Of a stretch of 62,260 bases of DNA, positions 1 through 9,103 are shown in pieces. The stretch lies in assembly GCA_903819895.1 (NCBI GenBank), contig CAIJFH010000035.1, positions 1 through 62,260 on the forward strand. The letters are read 5' to 3'. Every line of letters begins with the position of its first letter. Within the stretch, counting starts at the first letter, position 1. Below the pieces are notes generated by a model. The model was not told the origin of the DNA. It made no database searches and worked only from the letters and a program-made list of their open reading frames with translations. The stretch comes from Candidatus Adlerbacteria bacterium. Its GTDB lineage: Bacteria; Patescibacteriota; Minisyncoccia; Phycocordibacterales; SBAW01. The position numbers and the translations under genes are program-made.

Positions 1-100
1 GCCTTGGCTTGCGGTTCGGGACCATTGCCAAACTGGCAAAGATCCTAGACCCTCCAAGACCCCGCTACCCCTGGAGTCCCTAGCCAAGGGAACCCACACC

Positions 101-129
101 CACCCCGGCGCACAAGCTGCACCGGGGTG
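101..129 (-). terminator. Hairpin just 3' of rarA (no clear U-tract)
   Basis: Inverted repeat caccccgg (101-108) / ccggggtg (122-129) immediately downstream of the rarA stop at 133. Confidence 0.35.
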
Positions 130-132
130 GAA

Positions 133-1269
133 CTACTTTATATACTTCTTCCCTTTCAGTTTTTCAGGCAAATACGATTCGGTGTCGTACATCTCGTACG
201 ATTTGCCGTAGTTGAGATTTTTCATCAGCTTGGTGGGCGCATTGCGAATCTTAAGTGGCACGGGCAAGTTGCCGAACTGCTCTACATCGGCAAGCGCGGC
301 AAAGTATGCGTCGTAGGACTTGCGACTTTTTTTACATTCTGCCAAGTACGCGACACCATGCGCGAGGTTGATCTGCGCCTCGGGGTAGCCGACCGTCTCG
401 CAGGCGCGAAAGACCGCGTTAGCGACCACGAGCGCGGTCGGCACCGCCAAGCCAATATCCTCGCTGGCAAAAATCACCATACGTCGTGCGATAAACAGCG
501 GATCCTCGCCCGCAGCAACCATCCTTGCCAAGTAGTACAGCGCCGCGTCGGGCTGTGACGCGCGCATACTTTTGATAAACGCCGAGACGGTGTTGAAGTG
601 CTCCTCGCCTTTTTTGTCGTAGCGCAGGTGCGTCGACTGCACCGCCTCCTTGAGCGTCGCCAAGTCGACTTTGCCATATAACTTCTGCGCTGTCTCCATC
701 ACGGTGATCATCTGCCGCGCATCGCCTGCTGCCATCTCGATGAGCCACTGCCGCGCATCCTTTGGCACTTTCAGCTTGGTGCGTTTAATCACCTGCTCCA
801 TATCCTCCGGCGTCAGTTCATTCAACACAAACACGCGACAGCGCGATAAAAGTGCCGATATAACCTCAAACGACGGGTTTTCGGTCGTGGCGCCGATGAG
901 CGTCAGCTCGCCGCGCTCGACAAACGGCAGCAAAAAATCCTGCTGCGCTTTGGTAAAGCGGTGGATCTCGTCAATAAAAAGAATCTTCGGCTTGCCAGAG
1001 AAGTTGAGTTTACCGCTTTGCAATACTTTTTTGATATCCTCCTTGCCCGCCTCAACCGCCGACAGTTCATAAAAATCGGCCTCGAGCGCGTTGGCATAAA
1101 TCCGCGCGAGCGTCGTCTTGCCCGTCCCCGGCGGCCCCCACAGGATAAACGAAAAAAGGTGCTTATTTTCTATTGCCGTACGAAGTGGTTTCCCTTCCCC
1201 CACTAAGTGCCCCTGCCCGACAAACTCGTCGAGCGTCTTCGGCCGAATCTTGTTCGCCAGGGGTTCCAT
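133..1269 (-). CDS. rarA: Replication-associated recombination protein A (RarA/MgsA AAA+ ATPase)
   Basis: Track ORF 133..1392(-). Walker A GPPGTGKTT, Walker B FIDEIHRF, MgsA-type C-terminal half. Start trimmed to MEPLANKIRP (ATG at 1269). Confidence 0.93.
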   Translation of the reverse strand: MEPLANKIRPKTLDEFVGQGHLVGEGKPLRTAIENKHLFSFILWGPPGTGKTTLARIYANALEADFYELSAVEAGKEDIKKVLQSGKLNFSGKPKILFIDEIHRFTKAQQDFLLPFVERGELTLIGATTENPSFEVISALLSRCRVFVLNELTPEDMEQVIKRTKLKVPKDARQWLIEMAAGDARQMITVMETAQKLYGKVDLATLKEAVQSTHLRYDKKGEEHFNTVSAFIKSMRASQPDAALYYLARMVAAGEDPLFIARRMVIFASEDIGLAVPTALVVANAVFRACETVGYPEAQINLAHGVAYLAECKKSRKSYDAYFAALADVEQFGNLPVPLKIRNAPTKLMKNLNYGKSYEMYDTESYLPEKLKGKKYIK

Positions 1270-1294
1270 ATCCCCCAAGCGTACCAGCATGCGG

Positions 1295-1300
1295 TATACT
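1295..1300 (+). promoter_or_regulatory. -10 box TATACT, 6 nt upstream of the sigma-factor ATG (leaderless pattern)
   Basis: tatact 1295-1300, ggcaag, atg 1307. Confidence 0.55.
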
Positions 1301-1306
1301 GGCAAG

Positions 1307-1936
1307 ATGGAGGAAACGGATGAGGAGTTGGTCGCGCGGTATGTGCGCGGCGAGGAGAGCGCGTTTGAGGAATTGACGCAGCGGTATCTCAAAACCGTGT
1401 ACTCTTTTATCTACCGCTTTATCGGCTCGCCGCACGACGCCGAGGATGTCACGCAGGAAGCATTTTTTAAGATATGGAAAGGGTTGCGCAACTACAACGC
1501 AAAGACCAGCAAGTTTAAAACCTGGGCGCTCCACATTGCACGCAACAGCGCGATTGATTACTTGCGCAAGAAAAAACATATCCCCTTTTCTCGCTTGTCG
1601 CTTAGCAGCGATGATGGATCCGACGCGAGCACCGTCCTTGCCGAGACACTCCCCGACCAAGAGCCCTTGGCTGATGAGCTGTTCGCGACCGCCGAGCGCG
1701 CGCAAATGCTCTACCATGCACTGGAGCAACTCTCCCCCGCGCATCGCGAGGTGCTGTTGCTCCACTACACCAACCACCTCTCGTTTGAGGAGATCGGCGA
1801 GACATTGGGCGAGCCCGCCAACACGGTCAAGAGTCGGCATCATCGTGCACTACACGCACTACGCGACATAATGCACAAAGACACAGACGGCGACACACGC
1901 CCACAAAAAAATGAAACCTACCGGAATACCCAGTAG
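1307..1936 (+). CDS. ECF-type sigma-70 family RNA polymerase sigma factor
   Basis: Region 2 (DAEDVTQEAFFKIWKG) and region 4 HTH (REVLLLHYTNHLSFEEIGETLGEPANTVKSRHHRAL). Start chosen at MEETDEEL from the -10 spacing. Confidence 0.9.
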   Translation: MEETDEELVARYVRGEESAFEELTQRYLKTVYSFIYRFIGSPHDAEDVTQEAFFKIWKGLRNYNAKTSKFKTWALHIARNSAIDYLRKKKHIPFSRLSLSSDDGSDASTVLAETLPDQEPLADELFATAERAQMLYHALEQLSPAHREVLLLHYTNHLSFEEIGETLGEPANTVKSRHHRALHALRDIMHKDTDGDTRPQKNETYRNTQ

Positions 1937-1986
1937 CAAGACAGCAAGACGCACCAAAACACTATATGTCACCGTATACTAAGAAC

Positions 1987-2397
1987 ATGAACGACACCGA
2001 GCACCAGCTGCATCACGCGCTCTGCACAGTCGAGCCGCCAGAAGGGCTCTACAGCAAGGTTTTTTCGTACATCACCCTGCGCGAGCAGCGTGCTGCTCGG
2101 GTGCGAGCGTTCTTCCTTGGGATGCTCACCGTCTTCTCGGCGGTTGTCTTGGTGCCCGCTGTCCAGTATGTTGGCGCCGAGTTGTACGCCTCGGGCTTCT
2201 ACGAGTTTGTATCAATCGCGTTCTCGAGCCACACGGTCTTTCTCTCTGCATGGCGCGAGTTGACACTGTCGATGCTGGAGTCGCTGCCGTCGGTCGCACT
2301 ACTTGTCCTCGCCGCAGTTGGCGCGTCACTTGTCTGGTCGCTCACGCGCGCGGTGTCCAACGTGCGCGTCGGCTTCCTTGCAGTGCAGCGTTGGTAG
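1987..2397 (+). CDS. Putative anti-sigma factor / membrane protein downstream of the ECF sigma gene
   Basis: Position directly after the sigma gene. Short soluble N-terminus followed by hydrophobic helices. TATACT 1975-1980 + 6 nt + ATG 1987. Confidence 0.6.
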   Translation: MNDTEHQLHHALCTVEPPEGLYSKVFSYITLREQRAARVRAFFLGMLTVFSAVVLVPAVQYVGAELYASGFYEFVSIAFSSHTVFLSAWRELTLSMLESLPSVALLVLAAVGASLVWSLTRAVSNVRVGFLAVQRW

Positions 2398-2439
2398 TAG
2401 CGCACTCACCACAACACATTACTCATTTTTATTCTTACC

Positions 2440-2919
2440 ATGCACCTACCCACCAACATCCGCGAGTTTTGTGCACGCAAATCAATCCGCATCACCGGTG
2501 TCGTGATTATTGCACTTATGGTTGGCGCACTCATCTTCCACGCGGGTGTGGGCTTTGGCGAGCGTCGCGCCTTCGACCGCATGCGCACGCATGGCGGCCA
2601 CGGGATGCCGCCACCACCCATCGGGCTTTTTGGTATCCCACTGCCGCATGAGTTTATCCCCGACGGGCACGGCACCGTGGGGAAGATTACTGCCGTCGCA
2701 TCATCCACCTCGTTTACCCTACAAGCGCGCGATGGCTCAACTGTGACGATTGATTTGCTCCCCGACACCCAGATTATGGATGATGCACCCGCCTCAACAT
2801 CGAGTGCACTCGTTGTTGGAGCACTGGTTGTGGTTGTTGGGCAACCCGCACAAGACAGCGACGCCGGACAAGATATCGACGCACGCATTATCCACGTATT
2901 ACCACCAAACCAACCGTAG
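2440..2919 (+). CDS. Membrane-anchored protein with DUF5666-like beta domain (name recalled from memory)
   Basis: N-terminal TM (ITGVVIIALMVGALIF), then GKITAVASSTSFTLQARDGSTVTIDLLPDTQI...VVVVG pattern shared with the ORFs at 6754 and 54099. Confidence 0.65.
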   Translation: MHLPTNIREFCARKSIRITGVVIIALMVGALIFHAGVGFGERRAFDRMRTHGGHGMPPPPIGLFGIPLPHEFIPDGHGTVGKITAVASSTSFTLQARDGSTVTIDLLPDTQIMDDAPASTSSALVVGALVVVVGQPAQDSDAGQDIDARIIHVLPPNQP

Positions 2920-2969
2920 CTGAATTTGTAGTATTTATTACTTAGTCACGATATATCTCACCACACACC

Positions 2970-4766
2970 ATGATCCGCACACTTTCTACATACATCGCAT
3001 CGACGCAAGCGTTCCTGCTTCGCCATAAAATCTGGAGTACCGTTGGCGCTGTGGTGATTATCATCTGTGCATGGTGGCTGTATGGCTCGCTCACCTCGAC
3101 CACCGGACAGACGCGCTATGTGCTTGGGACTGTCTCGCAGAGCACCATCATCTCGACCGTCTCCGGCTCGGGGCAGATTGCCTCCAGCGATGAGCTCACC
3201 ATGACGCCACAGGTGTCGGGGCAAGTGATCTATGTTGGCGTGACGCCGGGCGAAAAGGTGTCTGCGGGCACGCTCATTGCCGAGATCGACCCAACCGAGG
3301 CAGAGAAAACGGTGCGCAACGCACAGGCGAGTGTCGCCAGTGCCAAACTCTCGCTCGCCAAGCTCCAAGAGCCCGCAACCGCGCTCACTCTCTCGCAGGC
3401 ACAAAACCAATTGACCCAGGCGCAGACCGCGCTCACGACCGATTACCAAACGAGCATGAACGATATCACCAACTCGTTTCTCGACCTGCCGTCGATTATG
3501 ACCGGGTTGCAAAATGTCGACTTTGGCACCGACGCGTCGGGCAGCAACAGCCAATGGAATATCGATTACTACGGCACCGCAGCATCTATCTACAACCCCA
3601 GTGGCAGCGATTATCGCGACGCAGCATACACCGCGTACGAGGCGGCGCGCACCTCCTACGACCAAACCTTCCTTGACTACAAGTCGCTCCCTGCCTCACC
3701 CGACGCAACTACAACCGAGAAGATGCTTACCGAGACCTACAAAACCGGCGTGCTAATCCAAAATGCGGTCAAAACCTCCTACGCACTCATCCAGTTTTAT
3801 AACGACCAACTCACCCAGGCCGGCAAAACCCCGCGCGCGGCAGCGACCACACACATCAGCAACCTCAACAGTTACACCGGCAAATTGAACCCGCATGTCT
3901 CGTCGATGCTTGCCGACACCAACGGGCTGGCGAGCGACAAGTCGAGTGTTGTCGAGAAGCAACAGTCGCTCACGCAGACACAGGCCGGCACCGACCCGCT
4001 CGATATCCAGTCGGCACAGCTGTCGCTCACGCAACAACAAAACGCGCTGCAGGATGCAAAAGATGCGCTCGCGAAATATTACGTCTACGCACCATTCGAC
4101 GGCACCATTGCCTCGGTGCCCGTAAGCAAATACGACCAAGCAAGCAGCGGCACCACGCTCGCCACACTCATCACCCAAAAGCAGATCGCCACACTATCGC
4201 TCAACGAGGTTGATGCAGCAAAGATACAGCTGGGCGACGACGCGACGCTCACCTTCGACGCAGTACCCGACCTCACACTCACCGGCAAAGTGGTCGAGCT
4301 CGACCCCGTTGGCACCGTGTCGCAAGGTGTGGTCACCTACGCGGCAAAAATTGGGTTCGATTCGCAGGACAGTCGCATCAAGCCGGGAATGACGGTCAAT
4401 GCCGACATCCAGACCGCGGTGCACCAAGACGCGCTGGTGGTGCCCTCGTCGGCAATCAAAACACAAAATGGCCAGACCTACCTACAGGTGTTTAGCCCCG
4501 CGCTCGCCACCAGCACCATGGCAACCAGCGGCACGAGCGCAGGAGTACTCTCGACCATCGCACCAAAACTCGTGCCCGTTACCGTCGGCATTGCTGACGA
4601 CACCAACACCGAGATTGTCTCTGGCGCCACACTGGGCGAGCAGATTGTCACCCGCACTATCACGGGCACCGCTGCAGCAAAAACAACAAGCACCGCGACC
4701 ACTGGCTCGGCACGCACCGGTGCTGCAGGTGGCGGCATTGGTGGTGCGGGCGGTATCCGACTCTAA
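2970..4766 (+). CDS. Efflux adaptor / membrane-fusion protein (HlyD/MacA family)
   Basis: N-terminal TM, lipoyl-like hairpin (VSGQVIYVGVTPGEKVSAGTLIAEID ... YVYAPFDGTIASV), long coiled coil. Sits immediately upstream of a MacB-type ABC pair. Confidence 0.85.
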   Translation: MIRTLSTYIASTQAFLLRHKIWSTVGAVVIIICAWWLYGSLTSTTGQTRYVLGTVSQSTIISTVSGSGQIASSDELTMTPQVSGQVIYVGVTPGEKVSAGTLIAEIDPTEAEKTVRNAQASVASAKLSLAKLQEPATALTLSQAQNQLTQAQTALTTDYQTSMNDITNSFLDLPSIMTGLQNVDFGTDASGSNSQWNIDYYGTAASIYNPSGSDYRDAAYTAYEAARTSYDQTFLDYKSLPASPDATTTEKMLTETYKTGVLIQNAVKTSYALIQFYNDQLTQAGKTPRAAATTHISNLNSYTGKLNPHVSSMLADTNGLASDKSSVVEKQQSLTQTQAGTDPLDIQSAQLSLTQQQNALQDAKDALAKYYVYAPFDGTIASVPVSKYDQASSGTTLATLITQKQIATLSLNEVDAAKIQLGDDATLTFDAVPDLTLTGKVVELDPVGTVSQGVVTYAAKIGFDSQDSRIKPGMTVNADIQTAVHQDALVVPSSAIKTQNGQTYLQVFSPALATSTMATSGTSAGVLSTIAPKLVPVTVGIADDTNTEIVSGATLGEQIVTRTITGTAAAKTTSTATTGSARTGAAGGGIGGAGGIRL

Positions 4767-4772
4767 CTACAT

Positions 4773-5489
4773 ATGATTGACGTACGCAATATTACCAAAA
4801 CATACGGGCATGGCGACACCGCCTTTCAAGCACTCAAAGGCGTGAGCTTTACGATTAACGATGGCGAGTTTGTCGCGATTATGGGGCCGTCAGGATCGGG
4901 CAAATCAACCTTGATGCATATTCTTGGCTGCCTCGACACGCCAACCTCGGGCACGTATCTCCTCGACAGCAAAGATGTCTCGACGATGAACGACGAGGAG
5001 CTGGCAGATATCCGCAAAGACAACATTGGCTTTGTGTTCCAATCCTTTAACCTCTTGCCCCGCACCACCGTGCTGCGCAATGTGCTGCTGCCACTGGTCT
5101 ACGCCGGCGTTGGCGAGGAAGAGCGCGAGAATCGTGCAAAAAAAGCACTGATCTCTGCCGGCATGGACGAGACGCACTTTCTCCACAAGAGCAACGAGCT
5201 GTCGGGCGGGCAGATCCAGCGTGTCGCGATTGCGCGTGCGCTGGTCAACGACCCAACACTCATCTTAGCCGACGAGCCGACGGGTAACCTCGATACTAAA
5301 ACGGGCGAGATTGTGCTCGGCACTTTCCAAAAACTCAACGAGGACCATGGCCGCACAATTGTCCTCATTACCCACGAGCCCGACGTGGCCGAGCATGCGC
5401 AGCGCATCATTATGGTGCGTGATGGGCAGATTATCTCGGACACAAAAGCGCACAAACAACGCTCGGCTCGCCACGCGTTCGGCAAATAA
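4773..5489 (+). CDS. ABC transporter ATP-binding protein (MacB/LolD type)
   Basis: Walker A GPSGSGKST, signature LSGGQIQR, Walker B LILADEPTGNLD. Confidence 0.95.
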   Translation: MIDVRNITKTYGHGDTAFQALKGVSFTINDGEFVAIMGPSGSGKSTLMHILGCLDTPTSGTYLLDSKDVSTMNDEELADIRKDNIGFVFQSFNLLPRTTVLRNVLLPLVYAGVGEEERENRAKKALISAGMDETHFLHKSNELSGGQIQRVAIARALVNDPTLILADEPTGNLDTKTGEIVLGTFQKLNEDHGRTIVLITHEPDVAEHAQRIIMVRDGQIISDTKAHKQRSARHAFGK

Positions 5490-5493
5490 TACT

Positions 5494-6717
5494 ATGACCA
5501 TCAAAGACACATTGGAGGAGACATACGCCGCACTGTCGGCAAACAAAGCACGCTCGGGGCTCACGATCCTTGGTATCGTGATCGGCATCTCGTCGGTGAT
5601 CGCACTGGTGTCGATTGGCCAAGGGACACAGACGTCGATCAACTCGAGCATCCAGTCGCTTGGGTCCAACTTGTTGGTGGTCACTCCCGGCGCACAACGC
5701 GGGCCCGGCTACCAAATAAGCGGCGGCCGTGGTGGCGCCAAGACACTCACGCAAGATGACGCAGCCGCAATCGCCTCGCAAGTGAGCAACATCGCCGCAG
5801 TTGCCGAGGAGATATCGAGCCGCTACCAAATCACCGCATCGGGCACCAACACCAACACCACGGTCGACGGCGTGAGCGCGTCATACCCCACGATCCGCAA
5901 TGTCGCAATCGACGAAGGCGCATTTTTTACCGACGAGCAAAGTGCGTCGCTTGCCAAAGTTGCCGTGCTTGGCCCCACCACGCGCGACGACCTCTTTGGC
6001 GCGGGCGCCGAGGCACTTGGACAAACCATCCGCATCAATGGTATTGAGTTTAAAATTATTGGTGTCACGACCGCCAAGGGTGGCAGCGGGTTTAACAACC
6101 CCGACGACATGGTGTACATCCCTCTTCTCACCGCGGCACGCTACCTCTCGGGCAACCAGTACCTCACCACCGCGGATGTGCAAGCAACTGACGCCACCTC
6201 GATGACTCAGGCCCAAGCCGACATCACCACACTCTTGCTGACGCGACACAAAATTAGCAGCGCCGCAGCGGCCGACTTTAGCGTGCTCAACCAAGCCGAC
6301 ATTTTGGCGAGCGCGTCGAGCATCACCAACACGCTCACCCTGCTCCTGGGCGCCATCGCGGGCATCTCGCTGTTGGTGGGCGGCATTGGGATTATGAACA
6401 TGATGCTTACCACGGTCACCGAGCGTACGCGGGAGATCGGCCTGCGCAAGGCGATCGGCGCGCGCAAACAAGATATCTCGCTCCAATTTCTATCCGAGGC
6501 GGTGGCGCTCACGGTCATTGGCGGCGTTATTGGCATCATCTTAGGGGTCGGGATATCACTTGGCGTGTCCTACTCGGGCATTATCACCACCAGCATCTCG
6601 TGGCAGTCGATTGTGTTGGCGTTTGGCGTCTCGGCCGCCATCGGCATCGCGTTTGGGTACTACCCGGCGCGCCGTGCCGCGTCGCTCAACCCCATCGACG
6701 CGTTGCGATATGAGTAA
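5494..6717 (+). CDS. ABC transporter permease (MacB-type periplasmic domain + FtsX domain)
   Basis: Track ORF 5311..6717 trimmed to MTIKDTLEE (ATG 5494, 4 nt after the ATPase stop). C-terminal FtsX-like TM bundle (ERTREIGLRKAIGA). Confidence 0.9.
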   Translation: MTIKDTLEETYAALSANKARSGLTILGIVIGISSVIALVSIGQGTQTSINSSIQSLGSNLLVVTPGAQRGPGYQISGGRGGAKTLTQDDAAAIASQVSNIAAVAEEISSRYQITASGTNTNTTVDGVSASYPTIRNVAIDEGAFFTDEQSASLAKVAVLGPTTRDDLFGAGAEALGQTIRINGIEFKIIGVTTAKGGSGFNNPDDMVYIPLLTAARYLSGNQYLTTADVQATDATSMTQAQADITTLLLTRHKISSAAAADFSVLNQADILASASSITNTLTLLLGAIAGISLLVGGIGIMNMMLTTVTERTREIGLRKAIGARKQDISLQFLSEAVALTVIGGVIGIILGVGISLGVSYSGIITTSISWQSIVLAFGVSAAIGIAFGYYPARRAASLNPIDALRYE

Positions 6718-6753
6718 TAGTGCGTTAGGTTAATTATATAATCACACTAGAAT

Positions 6754-7215
6754 ATGCAAACTAACAAAGGTATCGCAGCAATCATCGTGGTACTGCTCGT
6801 TGGCGGCGGGTCGTTCTACGCGGGCATGAGTTACGAGCAAGCGCAGCAACCCGCAGCAAACGCGGCGCGTGGGCAATTTAGCGGCGCAGGCGGGTTTGGT
6901 GGCGGCACCATGGGCACACGCGCTGGCCGCACTGGTGGTGGATTTGCCACGGGGCAAATTGTCGCGAGCGATGCCAGCAGCGTAACCATCAAACTTGCGA
7001 GCGGCTCGACACAGCTCGCGCTGGTTGGCAGCAGCACGCAAATCCTCAAGAGCACCAGCGGCAGCGCAAGCGACCTTGCAAACGGCGCAGAAGTCACCAT
7101 TGTTGGCTCGACCAATAGCGACGGTAGTTTGACCGCGCAATCTATCCAGATCCGCCCCGCGGGGATGCCTGGCGGGTTTAGTGGCCGCGCACCAGCAACA
7201 CCAACACAACAATAA
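6754..7215 (+). CDS. Gly-rich membrane-anchored/secreted protein with DUF5666-like domain
   Basis: N-terminal TM, Gly-rich linker, GQIVASDASSVTIKLASGSTQLALVGSSTQI...VTIVGSTNSDGSLTAQSIQI. Confidence 0.65.
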   Translation: MQTNKGIAAIIVVLLVGGGSFYAGMSYEQAQQPAANAARGQFSGAGGFGGGTMGTRAGRTGGGFATGQIVASDASSVTIKLASGSTQLALVGSSTQILKSTSGSASDLANGAEVTIVGSTNSDGSLTAQSIQIRPAGMPGGFSGRAPATPTQQ

Positions 7216-7237
7216 TTACTGTTAAAATACTACTCGT

Positions 7238-7657
7238 ATGAAACACATCAGCATTGGCATCATCGCAGCATTTTTGATTATCGGCGCAGGCGCGTTCCTG
7301 CTCTCGGGCTTTGGCGCAACCAACTCAAACGTCGCCACCAACACCACAACCGACCAGACCGCAGCAGTCGCTGCAAGTGGGACACCAGCCACCACCGGGT
7401 CGACTACACCAGCCGCGACGTCCTACACCTTGGTACAAGTAGCAACGCACAATAGCTCCACCAGTTGCTGGACAGCAATCAACGGCAATATCTATGACGT
7501 CACGGCGTGGATCAACCAGCACCCTGGCGGGCCGCAAGCGATCATTGCGCTGTGTGGCAAGGACGGCTCGGCAGCGTTTAACGGCAAGCACGGTGGCCAA
7601 GCGCGCCCCGCGTCCGAACTCGCCACCTTCCGCATCGGCGCGCTCGCAACCAACTAA
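7238..7657 (+). CDS. Membrane-anchored cytochrome b5-like heme-binding domain protein
   Basis: N-terminal TM, Thr-rich linker, b5 core (HNSSTSCWTAINGNIYDVTAWINQHPGGPQAI). Confidence 0.8.
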   Translation: MKHISIGIIAAFLIIGAGAFLLSGFGATNSNVATNTTTDQTAAVAASGTPATTGSTTPAATSYTLVQVATHNSSTSCWTAINGNIYDVTAWINQHPGGPQAIIALCGKDGSAAFNGKHGGQARPASELATFRIGALATN

Positions 7658-7682
7658 TCTCATCCGCACCACGAAACCTACT

Positions 7683-8111
7683 ATGGATATACACACCATC
7701 GCGCTTGGCGTTCACATCGTGTCGATCTTCCTCGCCATCGGCGGCATCCTCTGGGCCGACCACACCGCGTACCACTGGTTTACCAGCAAAAAAGAGGTGC
7801 TCGACCACCGCACGCTGCGCTGGCTGCATGGCATCGTTGGCACTGCGCTTGGACTCCTCATCGGCAGCGGCATCATCCTCTTTTGGCCCGCACACAACTA
7901 CCTGCTGTCGCAGCCACTCTTCCTGCTCAAGATGCTGTTTGTCGTGCTGTTGGTGATTAACTCAATTGCCATCGACCGTTTGATGCATCGCGCAGCCAAC
8001 TTCCCCTACCGATTGCTCCCACGCGCACAAAAAATCCCGCTGTTTATCAGCGGAGGTGTATCGGCTTTTTGCTGGGTAGCAACGATTGTGGTCGCGCTGA
8101 TTATGTTCTAG
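7683..8111 (+). CDS. Integral membrane protein, unknown function (about 4 TM, conserved His residues)
   Basis: Track ORF 7494..8111 trimmed to MDIHTIALGVHIV. Hydrophobic helices throughout. Confidence 0.65.
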   Translation: MDIHTIALGVHIVSIFLAIGGILWADHTAYHWFTSKKEVLDHRTLRWLHGIVGTALGLLIGSGIILFWPAHNYLLSQPLFLLKMLFVVLLVINSIAIDRLMHRAANFPYRLLPRAQKIPLFISGGVSAFCWVATIVVALIMF

Positions 8112-8208
8112 CCAGAATCACGAAACGTCCTGTTACTTTTCTTTTTTTGTCAGAGTTGTAATGAGCGAGAAGTAATCAATCATCACACCTATGACACATA
8201 GCGCTTGA

Positions 8209-8248
8209 GCCGAGGAGGTCTACCCTGCGGGGATACGGCCTCCTCGGC
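8209..8248 (+). terminator. Strong hairpin after the 1307-8111 gene string
   Basis: 10-bp stem gccgaggagg / cctcctcggc followed by gtttgtg. Confidence 0.45.
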
Positions 8249-8350
8249 GTTTGTGCTACATAGGAACTGCCCCAACCCCACTGCGCGGTGGCACTTCCAT
8301 CTTTTGCCGTTTTCTTGTACAGTACAGAGTGTTCGCAATAACCCATGTTC

Positions 8351-8425
8351 GGCCTCATCGTCTAACGGTTAGGACAGCGCCCTCTCACGGCGTAAATCGG
8401 GGTTCGATTCCCCGTGAGGTCACCA
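8351..8425 (+). tRNA. tRNA-Glu (anticodon CTC), CCA encoded
   Basis: Cloverleaf folded by hand. Acceptor GGCCTCA/TGAGGTC, anticodon loop CTCTCAC, T-arm GGGGTTCGATTCCCC. Confidence 0.9.
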
Positions 8426-8448
8426 ATCCACGCTCTATAAACAACGCG

Positions 8449-8485
8449 AGCCGCATCCTTCCCCGTTTTGGTTCTGGATGCGGCT
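8449..8485. terminator. 10-bp hairpin between tRNA-Glu and the convergent wHTH gene
   Basis: agccgcatcc (8449-8458) / ggatgcggct (8476-8485). Confidence 0.5.
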
Positions 8486-8494
8486 TAGAAAATA

Positions 8495-8971
8495 CTATTC
8501 TGGCACATTCATGCTTATAAACCCTCTTCGCCTAACATTAATGAGTCGCTGAAAAGATTCCTCTCCCAATACTTTTTTTATACGATACAGAGCACCACTC
8601 AGAGACACCCTCCCTTTCTCTGCGCTTGATACCTCGGGCCAGAGCACACCTATAAGAAGAGTACGCCTATAAGCAGCACCGGGAACCAAACCCAGCAAAT
8701 ACAAGACGCGTATTGCTTTGTTGTCTAGCGTAAACTCTTCTCCGGATACAATCAACTTGCACTGCTCCGTGTCAATAGTAACTGGTCCCCGGTTTATAAC
8801 GACAGGATATTCCTGTCCGATACACGTATTTATTTCTTCGATACTTTTTCCTATAGCAGCTGCCGTATCAGGATTAAGCCCCTCGACGGCTCGACTCAAA
8901 GCTAGTAGCGCATTTCTGATTCTTACCACATCTTTTCCATTCAACAGTACGAAATCGGACATAGAGCGCAC
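8495..8971 (-). CDS. Winged-helix (OmpR/SARP-type) DNA-binding protein, no receiver domain
   Basis: C-terminal LDNKAIRVLYLLGLVPGAAYRRTLLIGVLWPE...LYRIKKVLGEE...RRRGFISM matches the OmpR/PhoB-class wHTH pattern. Lies in an AT-richer region. Confidence 0.7.
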   Translation of the reverse strand: MRSMSDFVLLNGKDVVRIRNALLALSRAVEGLNPDTAAAIGKSIEEINTCIGQEYPVVINRGPVTIDTEQCKLIVSGEEFTLDNKAIRVLYLLGLVPGAAYRRTLLIGVLWPEVSSAEKGRVSLSGALYRIKKVLGEESFQRLINVRRRGFISMNVPE

Positions 8972-9046
8972 TCCTGTGTATTCCTGTGGTTAACTCACTC
9001 CATCAATTATACCATTGTGGGCCAAGTTGTAAAGCGGGTCTATTGC

Positions 9047-9080
9047 AAAAAGAGCTGCGCCATTTTTGGCGCAGCAAGCT
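9047..9080 (-). terminator. Intrinsic terminator of the 9104-10093 gene
   Basis: gctgcgcc attttt ggcgcagc. On the minus strand the stem is followed by ctcttttt. Confidence 0.7.
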
Positions 9081-9103
9081 AACAACGGATGTCATCATAG
9101 AGA

